Of a stretch of DNA of 10,468 nucleotides, positions 1 to 7,549 are shown piece by piece. Below the pieces are notes generated by a model. The model saw nothing but the letters and a program-made list of their open reading frames with translations. It had not been told where the DNA came from and made no database searches. A program made the position numbers and the translations under genes. Positions within the stretch are counted from its first letter, which is position 1, and each line of letters opens with the position of its first letter. The DNA is from Azolla caroliniana (Eukaryota > Plantae > Polypodiophyta). The DNA lies in NCBI GenBank assembly GCA_043228905.1, contig JBHGNT010001273.1, forward strand, positions 1-10,468, read 5' to 3'.

Positions 1-1861
1 TGCCATTATACAAGTGCCACTAAAAGTAACGGAAATAAGTGGGAAATTCACTTTATGAATTTTGGGGAGTTGTGGCAATATTATTTATGAAACTAGAATT
101 TTCTTTCCCCCATCATATGATAAGATTGTAACAACCATAATATCTCATGAAAATCATGATCACATATTTTTTGCATCACAGTCTTAGCTTCTCATCAAAT
201 CATAATTATATTATGTCATCAAGATGTCTCAAAATGTGGTAATTGCAATAAATTATAGTGTTTGATATTTGATACTAGAAAGTTGAATACAAATTGACAA
301 TGTGAACTTAGATATGGTTCGACTTTATGTGTAAGGATTGTTGTCTAAATAATGAAGGGAAAACTCTAGAAGTAGTAGTTTGTTTGGAGGTTCGAAAAAT
401 TGTACTTTGCAATATGAACTAGAAAAACATCTACCTCTTCGTTACATGAAACTGAAAGTCTAACATCAAATCTTTGATGGCTTGATATAACGAGAGTTAT
501 TTCATCAAATTGGTGTATTTTTGTTCCCAACTTTTGTGAAAAAACCTAATCAAAGATGCCACATTGTTCAATTGTATGAGACTTTGTTATTGTGTTTGTA
601 TTTAAGTACACATGTATGTATTTATGATCAAAACTATCATGATACACAAAGTTGTATGATATAAGTTGATTTTCCCCATTTGCATTCAAATATTAAAGGG
701 AATCTAATTATTACTTGGGCATGAGTAGCAAGCACACATAAAGGCCTAAAACTGAAAACGTGGATAAAAGAAAAGTATAGGTAATTTATAAACGGATTCT
801 TAAATGGCAACGTGGACATTACATATCATTAATGTGCCATGATTCGATGAAAACATAATTGTAAAGGTATCCTACACAGTACTATATGTACATATATGTA
901 TGTTTGTTGCCTTGCCATCAACAAGGTCGAGTATATTTTTTTAGGACTAAGCTCTAGTTGGATTTGTGATCAATCCCATTAGATGATTATTAATATGAAA
1001 AATGGATGAAACACCTTATTCATTAATTGACAACATTTTGAGACCAAGAAAACAAGACAAAGATCATTAAATAGTAAAAAAATGGCCCCTTCCAAAAGTC
1101 GTACATCCACCCAACTTATGATGTCAATCCTTTGAATTGTGAAGCACCATATTTATAGCTCTTACTTACTAGATATCGTATGCAAGTGCCACACAAGATG
1201 TATCATATTGGTAAGAAATCAAATGAATCATTTCATAATTTATCTAATTCTATTATTTTCTTCAATTAAAAATTGTGGTTTTGCGACTTGACGGTTGCAA
1301 GTTCATGTCTCGAGAGATGAGCTAAAATAATTTGTGATATGTCCAAGTTGTAGTAGACCAATTTGTTAACCAATTACAGAACCAAAACTCAACAAAACAA
1401 CTTTTATGAAGAGGTTAAGAACTTAATTGAATTGGGATAGAGCATGAATGGATGGATAAGGATCTATAGGGGGTTTGAAAAAATGACAATGTAAGTCTAG
1501 AAAATAAGATCAATGAGCACTTGGAATGTTACGCTATCCTGATGTGGGAAATGCAGAGGAGAAAATAAGTTAAAACAAGAATATTAAAAAGATTGAATGA
1601 TAGGTTGAGGGAATAGAATGAAGGACAAGTAACGTGTTGCATTTAAAAACAATAAAATGGTCATAGATCAATTGCTAAGAGCTCGTTATATGAGTGAGAG
1701 GGGAAAAGTAAAGCGTGCTATTGGGAAAGAAAAAGCATAGTCCATGCTAAAATTAAAAAGCAATCGTTAACTTTATTAGGGAGATAACTTCTTTTATCCT
1801 AGAAATGGATGAAGATAACTCGTTGTCGAGGGGGAGGATCCCCCTTTCTACGTACATATTT

Positions 1862-1930
1862 CACTTATATCTACACATACACACTTACATATACACACCT
1901 ACACATGCACATGCACATGCACATTCACAA
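1862..1930. repeat. Degenerate CA-rich hexamer repeat (CACATR-like)
   Basis: CACTTA TATCTA CACATA CACACT...CACATG CACATG CACATG CACATT. Confidence 0.7.
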
Positions 1931-2151
1931 TTTAGATACACAACGGAAGTATGAACAATGACAATGATATAGATTTTATTTTATCATCTTTCGAGGTAAA
2001 AAATGATCCATGAGACAAAAAATATAATATTTTTACTTAGTGCATGTGAAAGTGGGTAGTGACTCTTGATTTTCCAAAACTTTACTAATGAATGTCACAA
2101 TTTGGACAACACATTGTGATTGTGAGAGAAATTCACACTAGAATTGGGTTT

Positions 2152-2679
2152 TGTTGAAGATGTGTGGAAAGCATATTAGTTAGATGCAATCAAAGCGAGA
2201 GCATTGAATCAAAATGTAATACTCAAACTCCTGAATTCGTTTAGAAGGGGAGAGAGAGAGAGAGAGGGATTGAAACACTATAAACACAAAAGTTACTTTC
2301 ACTAGTTTTTTAAATCAAACTTTACAAGTATATATATCTAAAATACATTCCAAGGTTAACTAAACCTTTTTTATTTTTTACATAAATATCCTGTATTATA
2401 TCAATATGTAGATGCAATCAAAGCGAGAGCATTGAATCAAAACGTAATACTCAAACTCCTAAATTTGTTTAGAAGGAGGGGGGGGGGGGGGGGGGGAGAG
2501 AGAGGGACTGAAACACTATAAACACAAAAGTTACTTTCACTAGTTTTTTAAATCAAACTTTACAAGTATATATATCTAAAATACATTCCAAGGTTAACTA
2601 AACCTTTTTGGTTTTTTACATAAATATCCTGTATTATATCAATATGTAGGTGTCCATTAACACACACTACAATTTAACA
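2152..2679 (-). repeat. 3' LTR of the Copia element
   Basis: On the minus strand it starts TGTTAAA and ends TTCAACA (TG...CA with a short terminal inverted repeat) and lies directly after a purine tract downstream of RNase H. Confidence 0.8.
2181..2646. repeat. Tandem duplication of ~230 bp inside the LTR (copy 1 2181-2408, copy 2 2409-2646)
   Basis: Both copies run TAGATGCAATCAAAGCGAGAGC...CCTGTATTATATCAATATG with few substitutions; the length difference lies in the G/GA tract. Confidence 0.95.
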
Positions 2680-2686
2680 CTCCCCC
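2680..2686 (-). other. Polypurine tract (GGGGGAG) abutting the 3' LTR
   Basis: Plus-strand CTCCCCC at 2680-2686 reads GGGGGAG|TGTT on the minus strand, the canonical Copia PPT-LTR junction. Confidence 0.8.
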
Positions 2687-5509
2687 ATGAGTAGCTTCTT
2701 TTTGGAAAAATAATAATAACACTCATCAATGTATGATGTAGTCGACTCAACTCATCAATGTTATAATCAACTTCAAGAATATTTGAGTGCACAAATATCA
2801 TAATTGATCCTTCTATTATGGTCATGGCATCTAATATGTTGTGGCATGATAGAATCTTGTTGATGACAAGACTCTTCTTAGTGACACATTATTGAACAAA
2901 GTGATATGAGATCTCTATATGTTTTGACGTAGAATTATGGCAAATTGGATTCTTTGCTAAAGCGATAACACCTTGACTATCACTATATAAGGTCAGAGTT
3001 GAGTTCATAATGATATGTCGAATGTGCTACCTAATCAACTCAACCATAATGCTCCCTTAGTTGTGACAGATGTAGTTATGTAATTTGTTTCAGTCATCAA
3101 AGTCATCATGCAGTCCCGATGTTTTCAACGCCAATAGATTGCTCCACCTACAAATTGGAAGAAATAGCAAGAGGTTAATTTCTAATTTCCCATGAATCCC
3201 ATGTAGTCTAAATCTTAATAACTTATTAAGTTGGTTGTTTTGAATTGAGGGTTTGTTGGGTTGAATTTGATGTCTTATGTGCCAATAAGATATTTGAAGA
3301 TATGCTTCACTACATTCTAGTGTGGTCAATTGGGGTTGTGCATAAATATACTATACCAATTCCATGCACTAAGTCAAGTCATGTTGAGACTATCAGCCAC
3401 ATCAAGTAGCCATGAATTGGTGTGTATGCTACGAATTTCATATGATCCCTCCCTTAACTAGATGTCGAACAATTTTTTTGAGAATGCCTTAAGGTTGGCA
3501 AGTAATAGTGTCATATATATTGATGGGGTGCATGTTGAATCTCTCCAAATTTTATTGAATGTAATTGACTTGAGACATATACAACCAACAAGTGTTTCTA
3601 TGCCATGTGATATTCACCCATAAAATATGTTGCATGGGACCCATGTCCTTTCGCAAGCTCACTAACATGGGATTATCATTTCATCCAACAAGCAACATAT
3701 CATCCATGTAGATGATGAGATATATGATTGAATAGTTAGATGTGTCTTTCAAGTATAGGCAGTGTCCTTGTTGCTTTGAGAAAACCTTTGATTGCATGAA
3801 ATCAACAAGTTTTTTATATCCAATATACAAATGCCTGCTTCAGGCTATATGCACTCCTCTTAAGTTTGCATATTACATGTTCATGGTCCATATACATTTC
3901 CTCATCCATATTACCATGGAGGAATGGCATTTTTTACATGTAGTTGAAGATCCTCAAAGTCTTAGGAAACCACTAGCTCAAGTAACAACTTATTAAAGTC
4001 ATTTTCATCATTGGCGAAAAAACTTATTAAAGTAGTTTGAAACCCTTTACAACTAACAAGACATTACACTTAGGACAAGACAAATCAAATATCAGCTTGA
4101 GTTAGAACACCCACTTGCACAAATGTGCTTGTCAATTTTTTGGCAATGGAACTAAATCCTAGGTGTTGTTTTCTTGAATAGAGTTCATTTTCGACTCTGT
4201 AGCTAGTTGCCAATTAGTGTAATCAAATGTTGTTTTAGTTTCTTTGTAAGTTGAAGGTTCACCTACATTTGCATAAAAAATTTAGAGTCTCTCACTCAGA
4301 TTGGTGTCGTAGGATTGGACTTGTTGGATCATCATTGATGATCTCTTTTGGAAGTGGCAAAGTGTTAGATGAACTGCCAAAGATTGTCTATATGATCTAA
4401 AGTGTTAGATCAACCACTTGATGAGTAATTGATCAAATATGTTGGGAATCAAGAAGAGTTGTCGAGTCGACAAAGGTTACCTATATAAGTTCAACTACTT
4501 TGTGCATTGTATGCACGTTAAAGACAAATGTCCGAACTTCAATCAGTTTGCTTGGTCCTAGGGTCAATGTTGCCATCAAAACCACAATAAAGAACCATAA
4601 ATTTCTCTCATTTTTGGGCACAAGAGAAAAAGATTCACAGTGAAATATTCATAATTTGTTTTTTTGTAGTCACTATGTTTGTAGATTCAAATCTCTCGTG
4701 GGATCTTGAAGTTGAGAGGTCCACTCGATTACATGTTGATTATCTATACAATAGGGAGTATGGTCTCAAGTAGAGTGCTTCGTCACGACAACAATTCTAT
4801 CATGAATTGTTTGGTTCATCCATTAAAAAATGCCTCTTTGCTTTAACAAATAGAGCATTTAATTCTTCGTCACTCTTTATTCCCGACGTTGATAACTAGG
4901 AAACAATGCCTTTGTAAGCATTCAAATGGGTAGGAAGCAAGTTAGATTCTTTCATCAAAAGATTGTCAAGCCGTTGAATGATGTATATCTTTCTTTGACA
5001 AGATTTTTTTACATAGGTGTATGACAACATTTGCCCTAGTGTGTAAGTTTTCATACATGAGTGTGTTGTGAAGTACACTTATTTGGAAAGGTATATTCAA
5101 AGGGTCACTTTAGCTAGTTGATCATTTTGCACTTCATGCTCATCAAGTGTCGATTCCTATTCGATCTGTTTTATTTGCCCTTTCACAACAATGTAATCCT
5201 ACATTTGCTCATTCATCTAACTTTTAGGAAGGATATGAGTAGGCATTGCATTAAGACATGATCTCAGTAAAGTGCCAATGGATGTTATAAATCCCTTGCA
5301 AGATACCCCCACATAACTTTCTAAGGAAGTTGCACAATTGGCTAGGGCACTTGCACAACAAGATCATCTCCTTTAAGAACAAAAGAAACACACCTCCAAG
5401 TCAATGACACATAATCATGAGCTGGAACTTGCCCACATTGTTAACATTGCCTATGTGTACATGTCCTTTTATGTGGTTGAGTTGTACTAAGTGCACCTTG
5501 TTGATTCAT

Positions 5510-6605
5510 CCCGCCACAAAAAAATGGAGTGCATGCTTTGATTCTAGACTCCAAGCCGGTTGGAAATCATATTACCGTTTGGAGAACCAATGCAACCAAA
5601 GTGATACTTGTGGATGGGAAGTAAAATTAATGTTGTTCAATGCCATGGTAACTCAAGTATTGCTTTATGAAGTAGAAGTATGGGGTGACACCATCTCTCT
5701 TAATGCATGGAACGAGATTGAGAAAATTCAATAGATGTTTTTAAGGAGGCAATTAGGAGTTAAATGCACTACCTCTTACTAGGTTATGCTCTTGGAAACG
5801 AGTGTTCGACCCATAGAACTATTGGCACTCCAAAGAGTATATAAATACATTACAAAAGTCAAGAATATGCTGAATCATCGATTACCACATCTTTCTTGGA
5901 ATGTTGGATGTAAGCTACAAAAGAATCATAAAAGTAAGATTCTCTCATCTGGTTGGGTTGTTGACATAAAGAACTGGTTTAGAAGATGGGGTATGGATGA
6001 TCTTTTAGAGCTTTCAGGCAATGCTATGCAATATGTAATGATTGAGGAAAGGTTGGTGGAATCATTAAGGATGAAGTGGGAGGATGCTAAGAGGACAAAG
6101 CTAGAATACTACATTGCAAATGTCAACCCTGAATGTTGGTCTCAATATAAAGCAAGAATGTCTATTGATCGTATCCAACCTTATCTCATTACCAATACGA
6201 GTAGCAATGCTCGTAGAGCCCTTACATTACTTCGTACTTGATCTCACAAGTTAGGTATTGAAGTTGCATCGTGGTATCAAAATGTAACGAATTTGAAGAC
6301 ATGTAAAGTATGCAATGAAGGCATGGTAGAGGATGAATGTCACTTGCTCGACATATAGTGCAATTTGTTCAAGATATGTTGACATACTAAGAGGGAATGA
6401 TAACATAAGATCCATACTTAAGACACCACCTAGAAGGTTGAGCTCATATGTGTATGCTTTATTAACACATAGAGACTTTGTGATTCAACATATGAATACC
6501 CCTTCTTAGGAAGGAGACATATATCAAGAACACATGTATACTTTGGTCCCATAGGTCAAATTTGGCCTCTTTATGGACGATAAAAATTCTAATTCTAATT
6601 CTAAT
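5510..6605 (+). mobile_element. 5'-truncated non-LTR retrotransposon (LINE, RTE/RTEX-like): C-terminal ORF2 pseudogene, 3' UTR and (AATTCT)3 tail
   Basis: ORFs 5417..5734 and 5786..6241 share one frame broken by TAG 5732, TAG 5780 and TGA 6239. Motifs: LFNAMVTQVLLYEVEVWG, IEKIQ*MFLRRQLGV, LLET, RLP, LRT*SHKLGIEVASW, and zinc-knuckle remnant CKVC..VEDECHLL. A frameshift follows ~6350, the likely natural stop is at 6507-6509 and a short tandem-repeat tail occupies 6585-6605. Clade assignment is from remembered motifs. Confidence 0.85.
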
Positions 6606-7252
6606 CCCAAATATTTTTTGGGTAGACCTTTGTAGGTTGTAGAAAACAAAAGGCATTGTCATAGAAGCGTGTGCACACATTTGAAAGTGCAACAAAACCA
6701 CGAGGGTTTTGAACCAAAAGGGATATCTAGCTTAGTAGATCGAATGCGTTTCCCCAACTTGTTTACTTTAGGCTCCAACCTTTGTTCTACTTGTTGTCTT
6801 GCTCTTAAGTCTCATTCGGTTCTTAAGTTTTCGTTTTGCCTCTAGCTCGTCACTACGCAAAACACACTCCATACCTGCCCAACTACAACGTTCTTACATC
6901 AGGATGTTTCATATAACCAATGCGATAGCGACATTTTTCAAAGCCGGGCCAATAATAAAGGCAGGGCATCATCTCGGACAGGTACATGCGAAAGTCACCC
7001 CTCTCACAAAGTGTTTTGGTAAAAACAAAAATGGGGTCTTCCCAGGGAAGGATACACGAACCGTAGAGAGTAAAGCATAATAATCGGGTGCTTTTAATCT
7101 TGTGACTGCGATTGCGATTGCGATGCAAGGGTTTGGTTTCACATTGGAGGAGATGTCCGACAGGCCAGTAGACACAACCAACCAACCGACCAACCACAAG
7201 TGTTCTTTCCCGTGGAAGGTGTTCAAGAAAGAAGAAAGGAGAAGACTTTTTT

Positions 7253-7337
7253 TAGGGTTTACGAAAGAAGAAGAAGAAGAAGAAGAATTGATTTTTAGGG
7301 TTTACGAAAGAAGAAGAAGCTTTGGTTTTTAGGGTTT
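7253..7337. promoter_or_regulatory. Three telo-boxes (TAGGGTTT = reverse complement of AAACCCTA) at 7253-7260, 7296-7303 and 7330-7337
   Basis: Exact motifs about 80-160 bp upstream of the ATG; telo-boxes are established as enriched in plant ribosomal-protein and ribosome-biogenesis gene promoters and 5' UTRs. Confidence 0.75.
7267..7287. repeat. (GAA)7 microsatellite
   Basis: Read directly from the sequence. Confidence 0.95.
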
Positions 7338-7362
7338 TAGGGTAGCCGCAGACACTCACAGA

Positions 7363-7386
7363 GCCATCGCCATCGCCATCGCCATC
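7363..7386. repeat. (GCCATC)4 hexamer repeat in the probable 5' UTR
   Basis: Read directly; ends 30 bp upstream of the ATG. Confidence 0.9.
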
Positions 7387-7415
7387 GCTCCACCTCCGCA
7401 GAGCCCGAGCCTCTC

Positions 7416-7497
7416 ATGCCTCGCACAGACGCTGTCGCCGCTCCCGGATGCCCTCCCATTCGTGCCATCTCTTTCGACAACTTAGGCCTCATCAAGG
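7416..7497 (+). CDS. WDR74: WDR74/NSA1 coding exon 1 (MPRTDAVAAPGCPPIRAISFDNLGLIK + 1 nt)
   Basis: ATG at 7416; donor G|GTACGC with the intron starting at 7498, followed by a (TC)n tract; phase 1. Confidence 0.9.
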
Positions 7498-7506
7498 GTA
7501 CGCCTG

Positions 7507-7549
<43 letters not shown>

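Larger units (their letters stand above)
2152..5490 (-). mobile_element. Degenerate Ty1/Copia LTR retrotransposon (pol remnant, PPT and 3' LTR); 5' LTR and gag not recognisable
   Basis: Minus-strand translation gives decayed Copia motifs in integrase-RT-RNase H order: integrase-like MNQTIHDRI (~4790-4830) and L*IFHCESFSLVPKNER (~4600-4660); RT NNT*DLVPLPKN..CKWVF (~4100-4190), QLHVKN/AFLHG (~3915-3945), YSLKQA (~3830-3850), IIYMDDML (YxDD at 3699-3710); RNase H GGAIYWR, KGALWL, LYSDSQGVIALAKNPICH..SKHIEISYHFV (~2885-2990). Many stops and frameshifts; the upstream boundary is approximate. Confidence 0.9.

Noticed and set aside
1078-1090. 13-mer AAAAATGGCCCCT repeated at 10158-10170
   Set aside because: A single direct 13-bp match in 10 kb of AT-rich DNA is compatible with chance and the flanks do not extend
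1-1400. AT-rich stretch including ORF 637..819
   Set aside because: No recognisable coding motifs, termini or repeats; may be decayed transposon DNA but cannot be assigned by eye
7249-7343. TTTAGGG repeats as a telomere remnant or telomerase RNA template
   Set aside because: Units are isolated rather than tandem, sit directly upstream of a protein-coding ATG, and I saw no USE/TATA Pol III promoter; telo-boxes explain them better
6700-7415. U2 snRNA gene next to WDR74, as in the human genome
   Set aside because: No U2 sequence (such as the GTGTAGTATCTG branch-pairing region) was seen on either strand
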